Shown: positions 1-8,571 of the stretch, in pieces | Position numbering within the stretch: the stretch's first letter is position 1 | Layout of the letters: each line of letters opens with the position of its first letter | Origin: Parcubacteria group bacterium GW2011_GWA2_51_10 | Lineage (GTDB): Bacteria > Patescibacteriota > Minisyncoccia > Phycocordibacterales > UBA2100 | NCBI GenBank assembly: GCA_001004265.1 | Contig: LCQS01000001.1 | Span: 2,324-66,323, forward strand | Direction of reading: 5' to 3' | Length of the DNA: 64,000 nt | Translations under genes and position numbers: made by a program | The notes under the pieces: model-generated | Told to the model about the DNA's origin: nothing | What the model saw: the letters and a program-made list of their open reading frames with translations, nothing else | Database searches by the model: none

Positions 1-156
1 ACGACGTGTGAGTTTCGCGCGGAGTATGCATGCTATCGTGAGGCATCCTGCGGAAGACAATTGAACGGTCGCTGCGGATGGACAGAAACTGTCGAGCTTC
101 GCCAATGCCTTCAGAATTCTCCAGCGGTTGATGGAAATATTGAAGTCGTTTTCTAA
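1..156 (+). CDS. 3' end of a cysteine-rich (eight-cysteine-cluster-like) protein, truncated by window start
   Basis: Frame 1 reads TTCEFRAEYACYREASCGRQLNGRCGWTETVELRQCL...VF* (own translation, stop at 154-156); Cys spacing resembles small secreted Cys-cluster domains. Confidence 0.6.
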   Translation, partial: TTCEFRAEYACYREASCGRQLNGRCGWTETVELRQCLQNSPAVDGNIEVVF

Positions 157-294
157 TCTTTGCGCAGAGTTCCCCGAAGCTCTGCTGCGGCGGTGGACTG
201 CGCAAAGGGCGGAGGGGGTCGGGGAACCGCATCCGGTTCTCCGTGGAGGAGAGCAGCGAGCGAAGCGAGCGTTGAGAACCGACGGTTCTCAAAA

Positions 295-333
295 AATAAA
301 ATACCTCGTCAGCTTGCTGCGAGGTATTTTATT
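295..333. repeat. Palindromic hairpin (REP-like or bidirectional terminator)
   Basis: AATAAAATACCTCG (295-308) and CGAGGTATTTTATT (320-333) are perfect inverted arms; core resembles the palindrome at 45372-45413. Confidence 0.7.
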
Positions 334-387
334 CTATGGATGGGTATAATTCTCCCCACGTTGCTGCGACAGGGGTACAATTGAGGA

Positions 388-1065
388 GTGAAAACAAATG
401 AGGTGCGGGCTAAAGCAGTTACCTTAAGACAGCAGGGAAAGACATATTCGGAAATCCGCAATACTCTGACGGTCGATATACCGAAATCGACACTTTCCTA
501 TTGGTGTCGAGGTACCAAAATGTCTCGCGAAAGTCGCACAAGAATTGAGCTACTCTCACTCAGAAATTTAGCAATCGGGCGCGTCGTAGCTCTTGAGCTA
601 AAGCGAGCAACAAGGCGGGAAATGGAGAATCGTATGCGCGTAGATAATAAATTTCTGCAAAAACGTTTTAGACACGATAAGAATATTCAAAAGATCGCAT
701 TGGTCATGCTCTATTTAGCTGAAGGATCAAAGACCGATAGACGATCAGTAATGTTCGGTAATTCAAGCCCCGGTGTCATTAGATTATTTCTGAATTTATT
801 ACGAGCGGCCTTTCCCGTTGACGAGAAGAAGTTTAGGGTAACTGTTCAATGTCGCGCGGATCAAAACGTTCCAAGCCTCGAACGTTTTTGGAGTGATCTA
901 ACGCGCATACCCAGAAGACAATTTTATAGGGCACAGATAGATAGGCGCTCGATAAACAAGCCAACGCGTAAAGTTGAATATAAGGGCGTATGCCGGATCG
1001 ATTATTTTTCTTCAGCTATAGATTTTGAACTCAAACATATAGCAGAAGAGCTTCAAGAGATGTAA
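388..1065 (+). CDS. HTH plus LAGLIDADG-like domain protein, tRNA-adjacent
   Basis: N-terminal HTH (LRQQGKTYSEI...PKSTLSYWC), single LAGLIDADG-like helix LYLAEGSK followed by FGNS; ends 17 nt before tRNA-Ala. Confidence 0.65.
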   Translation: MKTNEVRAKAVTLRQQGKTYSEIRNTLTVDIPKSTLSYWCRGTKMSRESRTRIELLSLRNLAIGRVVALELKRATRREMENRMRVDNKFLQKRFRHDKNIQKIALVMLYLAEGSKTDRRSVMFGNSSPGVIRLFLNLLRAAFPVDEKKFRVTVQCRADQNVPSLERFWSDLTRIPRRQFYRAQIDRRSINKPTRKVEYKGVCRIDYFSSAIDFELKHIAEELQEM

Positions 1066-1082
1066 TATGCCTCAAATCTTCT

Positions 1083-1158
1083 GGGCCCGTAGCTCAATTG
1101 GTAGAGCGTCCGCATGGCATGCGGGAGGTAAGGGGATCGTAACCCCTCGGGTCCACCA
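1083..1158 (+). tRNA. tRNA-Ala(GGC)
   Basis: Cloverleaf with GGGCCCG/CGGGTCC acceptor including G3:U70, anticodon loop ATGGCAT, encoded CCA; T-loop atypical (ATCGTAA). Confidence 0.95.
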
Positions 1159-1417
1159 AATTTGATTTGACGAATAACACAACCCGCCCGCGCCCCCGCG
1201 CGACCGGAGGGAGCGCGTCCGAGTCGCTTTCCAGCGTGATCGGGGCGCTTCGGTTTTGAGTCACCACGCCGACCCAGTAGGTCATTCTGTTGAATGAGGA
1301 GCGTGCGACATCTGGGGTTCTGTTGGAAGTGCGTCCGAACTTATTAATACAATGACCACAGAGAGCATGGTATGCTATACGAAAGGTCGTTAATGGGCTC
1401 ATTTAAACGGCGCTTTT

Positions 1418-1669
1418 ATGGCGGAAAAACAAGTTGGTACAGTTACGCATTGGTACGATAAAATCGGCGTGGCGGTCGTTCGGCTCACCGGGAAGCTCGG
1501 TAAGGGCGACGCGATCGTAGTGCGAAAGGGCGATGAGGAATTTGAAGATACTGTCGCATCGCTGCAGATCGATCACGAGGATGTCACGGCAGCGAAAAAG
1601 GGAGATGATGCGGCAATCAAACTTTCGCAGCGCGCAAAAGAAGGTTCGGGAGTTTTTTTGGCTAGCTAA
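1418..1669 (+). CDS. Small translation-factor-like beta-barrel protein (EF-Tu domain II / U32 C-terminal-like)
   Basis: VGTVTHWYDKIGVAVV...SLQIDHEDV..AKKGDDAAIK pattern. Confidence 0.7.
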   Translation: MAEKQVGTVTHWYDKIGVAVVRLTGKLGKGDAIVVRKGDEEFEDTVASLQIDHEDVTAAKKGDDAAIKLSQRAKEGSGVFLAS

Positions 1670-1734
1670 CGTTCATTCCCCAGTGCATCTCGGACGAGCC
1701 GAGCATGGCCTGGGGCGTGATATGCTTTTTTATC

Positions 1735-2070
1735 ATGGACGGTGGAATGCATCATCTGCACACGCGAAAAAGATTATATCGGACGCACGAGCGATATCCG
1801 CACCCGATTTTTTGGAAACGATGCCTCGATTATGTGATGTATGGCGCGGCGATAGCCGCGCCTGTCGCTCTTATGCCGCAGGTGTGGACGCTCTATTCGC
1901 AAAAAAATGCTTCTGGTCTCGCATTGCCGACGTGGGTGGCCCTCGGCTTGATCAACATCCTTTGGGTGTTGTATTCATTCGCGCATCGTGAGCCGCCGCT
2001 TGGAATAGCAAATGCGCTATTTGCAATGCTCAACTTCAGCATTGTCGCCGGCATTTTAATCTACGGCTAA
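1735..2070 (+). CDS. PQ-loop / SemiSWEET-like small membrane protein
   Basis: LMPQVWTLYSQKNASGLALPTW motif, three hydrophobic segments; start at 1735 preferred over 1705. Confidence 0.7.
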   Translation: MDGGMHHLHTRKRLYRTHERYPHPIFWKRCLDYVMYGAAIAAPVALMPQVWTLYSQKNASGLALPTWVALGLINILWVLYSFAHREPPLGIANALFAMLNFSIVAGILIYG

Positions 2071-2096
2071 GGCTATTAGTTGGTACCGGCGCGCCA

Positions 2097-2642
2097 TTAC
2101 GGCGCCAATATATTTTTGGGCCGTACAGAACGATGCAGAAGACGCAGAACGAAATAATCGAGCCCATAATATCCAGCGACTTTCCACGCAAGGACAAGCG
2201 CAATCCCAAGTGTGAACATTATTGGATTGACAGATACAGTACCGGCAAGCATAAAATTGAGATTCATAAAAATACCGAAAAATGCCGAGATACCGACGAG
2301 AAGACCCACGATGAGAGCAATGCCGACGAGTAACTCTCCCCAGGCGATAAATGTGCTCCATATTTCCGCATTCGGCAAGACGACGTTCTCCAAGAAATAT
2401 GCATACCAACCCTGAACGTCAGGGTGCGCGCCACCGGTTTTTTCGAGCGCTCCTTTTACAAAACCGGTAATGGCTGTACCTGCCGCATCTCCGACCCATG
2501 CTGGGTTATGTAATTTTCCCCATCCAGCCTCCAACCACAGCCAGCCGACATATACGCGGACAATGAGCCAGAGAACCGAACTTCTTGTGTCTGAAAGAAG
2601 AAAATGTGAGAAAGGGGATTCCTCAACCAGGTAGCGACGCAT
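2097..2642 (-). CDS. DoxX/DoxD family membrane protein
   Basis: RVYVGWLWLEAGWGK, GELLVGIALIVG, MNLNFMLAG, AGYYGLD motifs. Confidence 0.85.
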   Translation of the reverse strand: MRRYLVEESPFSHFLLSDTRSSVLWLIVRVYVGWLWLEAGWGKLHNPAWVGDAAGTAITGFVKGALEKTGGAHPDVQGWYAYFLENVVLPNAEIWSTFIAWGELLVGIALIVGLLVGISAFFGIFMNLNFMLAGTVSVNPIMFTLGIALVLAWKVAGYYGLDYFVLRLLHRSVRPKNILAP

Positions 2643-2760
2643 CGAATAACTATATATGCACATTCCCAATTACCGAGCGATTTTATAGAGACGTGTGAAC
2701 AAGTTGTCACACATCATCGACATTCAATTTGCGCCGGAGAGAGTGTGCGGAAATTTTTCC

Positions 2761-2828
2761 CGCGGCAAGCCCCGTTAGAGACAAAAACGCGCTGCGAGCC
2801 CTCGCGGTCTCTAACGGGGCTTGCCGCG
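2761..2828. repeat. 22-bp perfect inverted repeat, CCCGTTAGA family
   Basis: CGCGGCAAGCCCCGTTAGAGAC (2761-2782) and GTCTCTAACGGGGCTTGCCGCG (2807-2828). Confidence 0.9.
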
Positions 2829-2859
2829 CTCAGTGAGAGTCCTCTGATATACTCGAACG

Positions 2860-3909
2860 ATGGATATTCTTCACGAGGTCCGCAAGCTTCTTGAAGAAAA
2901 TCGCCGCATCACGGACGGTCACCAGTACACCGTGCCCTCCGGCGATCATTACCCCTATCAATGGCTCTGGGATTCGTGTTTTCACGCCATCATCCTCGCG
3001 CAATATGACGTGGAATCTGCGAAGGCCGAGATACGATCGCTGCTTTCAAAGCAGTTCTCAAGCGGTCTTGTGCCCCACATCATCTATTGGGCGCCCGGCA
3101 TTCTCCACCTCTTCCGCTGGGGTGTGGAGGGCACCAGCTCTATAACTCAGCCGCCGATGATCGCATACGCCGCGTGGGAGATACATCGCCGCTCGGAGGA
3201 CACGCCGTTCCTTGCCTCTATCTTTCCTGCACTTATTGCTTACTATGATTTCTTACTTTCAGAGCGTGATCCGAATAGCCATCATCTTGCCAGCATTATT
3301 AGTCCGGATGAATCCGGTGAGGACAACTCGCCTCGCTTTGACGTTCCTCTCGGGGTAACTCCCGCTGTCTCACTCAAGGATCATCTCGCGAAACGTACTG
3401 AGCTTGTGGAGAAAAACAGAGAGTGCAATTTTGACGCGCGATACTGCATGCGGGATTTCTTTTGGGTGAAAGACGTGCTTTTTAATACGGTATTGGTGGA
3501 GAATCTGCGCGTGCTTGCGAAAATCGCTGCACATCTCAATAGAGGTGAGCACGAGAGAACTCTTCTACGAAATGCCGATGCGGTTGCCGGCGCAATGCGA
3601 GAGAAGATGTTTGAAGATGGTTGCGCGCGATTCGGCATACGTACAACCTCGCTTCATGAGATGTCGTACCGATCGCAGGCGGAAGCTTTTTCGTGGCGAG
3701 GACCAGTGTGGATCGGTGCTCATTGGTTTATCTATCGTGGGCTCAAACGATATGGGTTTACAGAGGAAGCCGCTGAAATTTGCGATAAAAGCAAGTTACT
3801 GCTTGAACGTTCCGGATTTCGCGAGTGCTTTAATCCGGAAACAGGAAAGGGGCTAGGTGCACACAATTTCACGTGGGGCGCTCTGGTTCTTGATATGATG
3901 GAACAGTGA
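2860..3909 (+). CDS. GH63/MGH1-like (alpha/alpha)6 glycoside hydrolase, possibly with an internal deletion
   Basis: YPYQWLWDSCF, TQPP, ESGEDNSPRFD, WRGPVW, FRECFNP..G.GLGA..FTW motifs. Confidence 0.8.
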   Translation: MDILHEVRKLLEENRRITDGHQYTVPSGDHYPYQWLWDSCFHAIILAQYDVESAKAEIRSLLSKQFSSGLVPHIIYWAPGILHLFRWGVEGTSSITQPPMIAYAAWEIHRRSEDTPFLASIFPALIAYYDFLLSERDPNSHHLASIISPDESGEDNSPRFDVPLGVTPAVSLKDHLAKRTELVEKNRECNFDARYCMRDFFWVKDVLFNTVLVENLRVLAKIAAHLNRGEHERTLLRNADAVAGAMREKMFEDGCARFGIRTTSLHEMSYRSQAEAFSWRGPVWIGAHWFIYRGLKRYGFTEEAAEICDKSKLLLERSGFRECFNPETGKGLGAHNFTWGALVLDMMEQ

Positions 3910-4102
3910 ATCCCGTTAGAGATGCTGCAATACATGATCGATATATGGTTAAGACTGAAGAATATTACATTGCGCATCAAGGTATCATGACAATAAACGG
4001 AAACGCCTAAACTAATTACATGCTTGACCGAATATGATCACTAAGCTCGATAGCGAATGCCATTGCGCTAATGCAATAGGCGCTTCCTATCTCTAACGGG
4101 AT
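3910..4102. repeat. MITE-like element with 14-bp terminal inverted repeats
   Basis: ATCCCGTTAGAGAT (3910-3923) and ATCTCTAACGGGAT (4089-4102) bracket an AT-rich spacer between a stop codon and the next ATG. Confidence 0.75.
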
Positions 4103-4949
4103 GAAGATCGCATTCGATATCGGCGGCACATCAATGCGCGTGGCGCTTGCTGCAGCTGATCGCGTCAGCGAAGCGCGCAGAATATTCACTCCGCAGGATC
4201 CGAAAGATGGTGTCAAAGCGCTCGCGAACCTAATGCGCGAATGCGCGGGAGATGAATCAATCGAAGCCGCAGTGGGCGGTTTCCCCGGCGTAGTGGGTGG
4301 TGGCGCAATTCAATACGCGCCCAATCTTCCGGAGTGGAAGGATGTCTTGCTTGCCGAGGAGCTTACGCGCGCGCTTGAGGCGCCCGTAGAGGTGTTGAAC
4401 GATGGAGACTGCGCCGCGCTCGGAGAGGCGGCGTACGGCGCAGGCAGAGGCGCACGTATTGTTGCTTATGTCGGCATCGGCACCGGTATCGGCTGCGGCC
4501 GCATAATAGATGGCCGCATCGACAGTGGTGTCTACGATTTAGAGGCGGGGCACCAGATCGTGGATGCAAAAGAAGGCAGGGAATTGGAGGAGCTCGTTTC
4601 CGGACGCGCTTTTGAGAAGCGTTATGGCGTCCATCCGAGCAAGGCACCGCGCGAAGGGTACTCGGAAATGACGCCCATTCTCGCCGCCGGACTTTACAAT
4701 ATGGTACTGCATTGGTCGCCCGAAGTTTTCGTGCTCGGAGGCGGAATGATGAACGAAAATAACGGCTATCGACTTCTCGATGTCGCATCGGCGCTTAAGC
4801 GCTTTTCCTCGCCTTATCCGAAACTTCCCGAGCTTCGTCTTGCAGAGCACAAAGACGCGTCAGGTTTATACGGCGCTCTCGCTCTCATGCAAAATCCGCA
4901 GATGGGGGTTTATCCGAAATTCGATAAACAACAGAGCCGACCTCTCTAA
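4101..4949 (+). CDS. ROK family sugar kinase
   Basis: DIGGT, NDGDCAALGE, GTGIGCG, EAGH, GGG motifs. Confidence 0.9.
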   Translation: MKIAFDIGGTSMRVALAAADRVSEARRIFTPQDPKDGVKALANLMRECAGDESIEAAVGGFPGVVGGGAIQYAPNLPEWKDVLLAEELTRALEAPVEVLNDGDCAALGEAAYGAGRGARIVAYVGIGTGIGCGRIIDGRIDSGVYDLEAGHQIVDAKEGRELEELVSGRAFEKRYGVHPSKAPREGYSEMTPILAAGLYNMVLHWSPEVFVLGGGMMNENNGYRLLDVASALKRFSSPYPKLPELRLAEHKDASGLYGALALMQNPQMGVYPKFDKQQSRPL

Positions 4950-6483
4950 TTTCATTCGTGATGCGCCGCGACACGTGATCAAGAAAATCGTATGGCAATT
5001 GCGCGAAGCGCGCCGTGAATCCGTTCACGCTTGTCACTGCCCAAAGCGCAACGACATGACCAGCGCCAGCATCGTCGCCTTTCGTAAACGTATGCATTGA
5101 ATGCGTTACAGTTGCGCCAGCTTGCCAGACCGTTTCGTACAAATCTGCGGCACGCAATTCTTCTATATATATTCCGTCAACGGCGCGGGCAATTCGTAAG
5201 CTCTCTTCGTTAACTTCGCCCTCGATGCGGACAACTAGCCCTGGGCCAGGGAATGGGTGTCTCCAAATAAGATCTTCGGGAATGCCGATATCGCGGCCGA
5301 TAGAGCGTGCCGAATCTTTTACTTGATCCGAAAGCGGTTCGATTTTCGGGACAGAGAAATCCAATCCGGTATTGTGATGAACTTTTATCTCGGCAATTCG
5401 TGCGCCTGTAGCGTGTCCGAATCCGCTCTCGCGCAAATCCGTATAAAGCGTGCCCTGCGCGATAAAATCTGCGCCAAATGATTTTATTTTTTCATTTAGA
5501 ACTGCCTTATAAACATCTCGCATGGCAACGCGCTTGTCTCGCATCTCAGTTTTTCCCGACAATGCCTTAAGAAATTCTGCCGTTGCATCAACTATTTCCA
5601 ATTTTATCCAATCCTCACTTCCGAAATATTTTTGCACATATGCCTCATCATCAGGCCTATCAATTCCTTTTATATAAACTCCCAGGAGTACATTTTTTTT
5701 CCCTGCGAGCACTTCTTTTAGGAGATATGCCACGACGGAAGAATCCGAACCGCCAGAGAGCGCGATGACAACTTTTTTATCGCCGATCTTTTCACGCAAT
5801 TCACTTATCTTTGCCTCCGATACGTTGTGCGCAGGGAATCTATCGGTGATCTTACAAATTTTGAAACAGAAATTCTCGTACATTCGTGCTCCCTCGAGAG
5901 TCTCCGTGACTTCCGGATGAAATTGAACTCCCACAAGATGCTTGTATCTTCCAGCTGCGACCGGTGAATTTGTGGTGGAGCCGAGGATTTGTATGACCGC
6001 GTCCGGAAAAATTGCGTCGCCATGACTTTCCAAGACCGGCGTTTCTCTAGCGAGTCCGTCGAAAAGCTCATCGTCGTGAGCGATGCGAAGACTATGCACT
6101 CCGAATTCGCGCTTTGCCTGCGGAGTAACTTTTGCTCCGACATGTTTTGCCCACATTTGAAATCCAAGACAAACGCCGAGAGTAGGAATTCCTAAATCAA
6201 AGATTTTGTTATCAAAAGGCGGCGGCTCATCTTGTACGGAGGCGGGGCCGCCGGAAACAATAATTCCAGCGGGTTGCAATTTCTTCACATCATCCGCGGT
6301 AACACTTGCCGGATCTGCAACGAGACTGTAAACACCCAATTTGGAAAGCGTTTGGACGATCAGATGATCGAACTGCGAACCCATTGAAAAGAGAAGAATA
6401 AGATGCTTTGTTTTCCGCACCTTCATTTCTTCTGCAATCTCGGCAAGAGTCTCTGGATCCGCAGATTTGAATAACGAGAGCAT
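4885..6483 (-). CDS. guaA: GMP synthase (glutamine-hydrolysing), aberrant C-terminus
   Basis: GATase GVCLGFQ and QFHPEV, ATP-PPase LSGGSDS, QGTLY, HPFPGPGL; ends KPPSADFA instead of KPP.TIEW. Confidence 0.92.
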   Translation of the reverse strand: MLSLFKSADPETLAEIAEEMKVRKTKHLILLFSMGSQFDHLIVQTLSKLGVYSLVADPASVTADDVKKLQPAGIIVSGGPASVQDEPPPFDNKIFDLGIPTLGVCLGFQMWAKHVGAKVTPQAKREFGVHSLRIAHDDELFDGLARETPVLESHGDAIFPDAVIQILGSTTNSPVAAGRYKHLVGVQFHPEVTETLEGARMYENFCFKICKITDRFPAHNVSEAKISELREKIGDKKVVIALSGGSDSSVVAYLLKEVLAGKKNVLLGVYIKGIDRPDDEAYVQKYFGSEDWIKLEIVDATAEFLKALSGKTEMRDKRVAMRDVYKAVLNEKIKSFGADFIAQGTLYTDLRESGFGHATGARIAEIKVHHNTGLDFSVPKIEPLSDQVKDSARSIGRDIGIPEDLIWRHPFPGPGLVVRIEGEVNEESLRIARAVDGIYIEELRAADLYETVWQAGATVTHSMHTFTKGDDAGAGHVVALWAVTSVNGFTARFAQLPYDFLDHVSRRITNEIREVGSVVYRISDKPPSADFA

Positions 6484-6555
6484 GATTGCGCGATTTTAAC
6501 ACTGGTTTGACGACACTGTAAGCGCGTTTTGTATTCATGCTCTTTTTATACGTCA

Positions 6556-6619
6556 TGTGGATAACTGGCTTGCGGTGGGGTATAGTGGTGTATATTCCAT
6601 ATTAGTGGGAGAAAGTGGG
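6556..6619 (+). promoter_or_regulatory. DnaA box plus MraZ-box direct repeats upstream of mraZ
   Basis: TGTGGATAA at 6556-6564 (reverse complement of TTATCCACA); GTGGG/GTGGT at 6575, 6585, 6605, 6615, all on a 10-nt register. Confidence 0.75.
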
Positions 6620-6630
6620 ATAAACGAATT

Positions 6631-7065
6631 ATGCTGATAGGAGAATACGAACACACGCTCGACGAGAAAAAGCGAGTTTCGCTGCCCAAACCGTTTTCCA
6701 AAACATTGGGAAAGAAAATGGTTTTGACGCGCGGGCTCGATACATGCCTTTTTCTTTTTTCACAAGACGCATGGGAGAAAGTCGCAGAAAAATTGCAGGC
6801 GCTTTCATTTGCACAAGCAGACACGCGTGGATTCAATCGGTTTCTTTTATCTGGTGCGGTTGAGGTTGAGGCGGATGGAGCCGGCCGAATCCTCATTCCG
6901 GACCATCAGAAGCAATTCGCAAATCTCAAGCGCGCGGTCGTATTCGCGGGAGTTTCCGACCGGGTCGAGATCTGGGATGCGGCGCTTTGGAAGAACTACA
7001 AGACACGCATCGAAAAACAAGCTGATGCGATGGCAGAGAAGCTGGGAGAAATTGGAGCACTATAA
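6631..7065 (+). CDS. mraZ: Division/cell-wall cluster transcriptional repressor MraZ
   Basis: GEYEHTLDEKKRVSLP, DGAGRILIP, RVEIWD; directly upstream of rsmH. Confidence 0.95.
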   Translation: MLIGEYEHTLDEKKRVSLPKPFSKTLGKKMVLTRGLDTCLFLFSQDAWEKVAEKLQALSFAQADTRGFNRFLLSGAVEVEADGAGRILIPDHQKQFANLKRAVVFAGVSDRVEIWDAALWKNYKTRIEKQADAMAEKLGEIGAL

Positions 7066-7149
7066 GTAGTAAGTAGTAAGTAGTAAGTAGTAATTCAAAC
7101 GAGCAAATTAGACGATACCTACTAACTACTTTCTACTAACTACTAACTA
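7063..7149. repeat. Inverted heptamer tandem arrays
   Basis: (TAAGTAG)x4 at 7063-7090 and (CTACTAA/CTACTTT)x4 at 7119-7146. Confidence 0.85.
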
Positions 7150-7188
7150 GTGGTGGCACGGGATAGCTGGGGGATCCATATAATCGTC

Positions 7189-8178
7189 ATGCGCACGCGA
7201 CGTTTAAATTCCTCCAGCGATCCGGTGCCGCCATCAAAGGTAGCGCACCGCGCCACGTTGCTTGATACAGAGGCAACGAGACACATTCCTGTTCTTTTAC
7301 ACGAAACAATCAGAGAACTCGCAATCGCGCGGGGCGACATCGTCGTTGACACCACGCTCGGCGGAGCCGGCCACGCATCCGCAATCGCGGAGCGGCTTGG
7401 CGCTAAAGGCCTTCTTATCGGCATAGACGCTGATCACGCCGCAATCGAACGATCGAGAAACGCGCTCGCACATTTCAACAATACGAAGATTCATCTCATC
7501 GAGGGGAATTTTCGAAATCTTGCTGCCATTTTGAACACGTTAGACGTGCCAACTATCGACAAAGCGCTTTTCGATCTCGGATGGAGCGGATATCAGCTCG
7601 CTGCTGGCAAAGGATTCTCCTTTCTTCGCGATGAGCCACTCCTCATGACGTATGGGGAGCCGGGGGAGGGAACTCTTACTGCTCGCACGATCGTGAATGA
7701 ATGGAGCGAGGATAGCATTGCCGATGTCTTATTCGGATGGGGCGAGGAGCGCTATGCGCGACGCATCGCAAAAAAAATCGTGGAGCGTCGGACTCGAGAG
7801 CCAATAGAAACTTCAATGCAGCTTGCCGCGATTGTGAAGGAGGCAGTGCCGCCGAAGTATCGATTCGGCAGAATTCATCCCGCGACAAAAACATTTCAGG
7901 CGCTTCGGATCGCGGTCAATGACGAACTCGGTGCGCTCTCGAAGGGACTTTCGGCCGCATGGGAACACCTACGGGAGGATGGGCGCATCGCAGTCATTAC
8001 GTTCCACAGCATTGAGGATAGGGAAGTAAAACATCTCTTCGCCGGGTGGGAGAAATCAGGGAGTGGAAAACGAGTAGCGAAAAAGCCGATACGTCCAACG
8101 AGGGAGGAAATCGAGCGCAATCCGCGCGCTCGAAGTGCGAAATTGCGAGTTGTCAAAAAAGTCCTACAAGAAATCTGA
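7189..8178 (+). CDS. rsmH: 16S rRNA m4C1402 methyltransferase
   Basis: HIPVLL, DTTLGGAGH, HPATKTFQALRIAVNDEL, TFHSIEDR, NPRARSAKLR. Confidence 0.96.
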   Translation: MRTRRLNSSSDPVPPSKVAHRATLLDTEATRHIPVLLHETIRELAIARGDIVVDTTLGGAGHASAIAERLGAKGLLIGIDADHAAIERSRNALAHFNNTKIHLIEGNFRNLAAILNTLDVPTIDKALFDLGWSGYQLAAGKGFSFLRDEPLLMTYGEPGEGTLTARTIVNEWSEDSIADVLFGWGEERYARRIAKKIVERRTREPIETSMQLAAIVKEAVPPKYRFGRIHPATKTFQALRIAVNDELGALSKGLSAAWEHLREDGRIAVITFHSIEDREVKHLFAGWEKSGSGKRVAKKPIRPTREEIERNPRARSAKLRVVKKVLQEI

Positions 8179-8211
8179 CTGAACTTCGTGTCGTAAAGCA
8201 ACGTACAAAAA

Positions 8212-8547
8212 ATGAACAAGCGTATATCCATATTAAGTATTGAGCATCCCTTCGAGCGCCTTCTCCTGCGCGCGCTTTTAGTCATTTTTGTCGGCCTCAT
8301 ATTCGCATATCTATATTTTGTCGGGGCATCCATTCTCCATATCATCGCTCGCAAAGATGCGCTCACGCAATCAGCTGCGATCAGCACCGCGATCGGGAAC
8401 CATGAGCGGGACTATTTTGCACTGTCGAAAAATCTGACGGCAGAATCGGGCGGACAATTCGGCCTTCGGCCAGTGGGAGAGGTTGCGTATGTCAATCGTC
8501 CGGGCACACTCGGTCTCGCCGACGGCGCTCTTGAGAACGGTATATGA
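8212..8547 (+). CDS. FtsL-like bitopic membrane protein
   Basis: Single TM helix plus short coiled region, syntenic between rsmH and the class B PBP. Confidence 0.55.
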   Translation: MNKRISILSIEHPFERLLLRALLVIFVGLIFAYLYFVGASILHIIARKDALTQSAAISTAIGNHERDYFALSKNLTAESGGQFGLRPVGEVAYVNRPGTLGLADGALENGI

Positions 8548-8571
8548 AAAATATCGGATACAGTGTAGACA

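Noticed and set aside
128..384. ORFs 128-349 and 160-384
   Set aside because: They overlap the true upstream CDS end and a run of palindromes; no protein-like features
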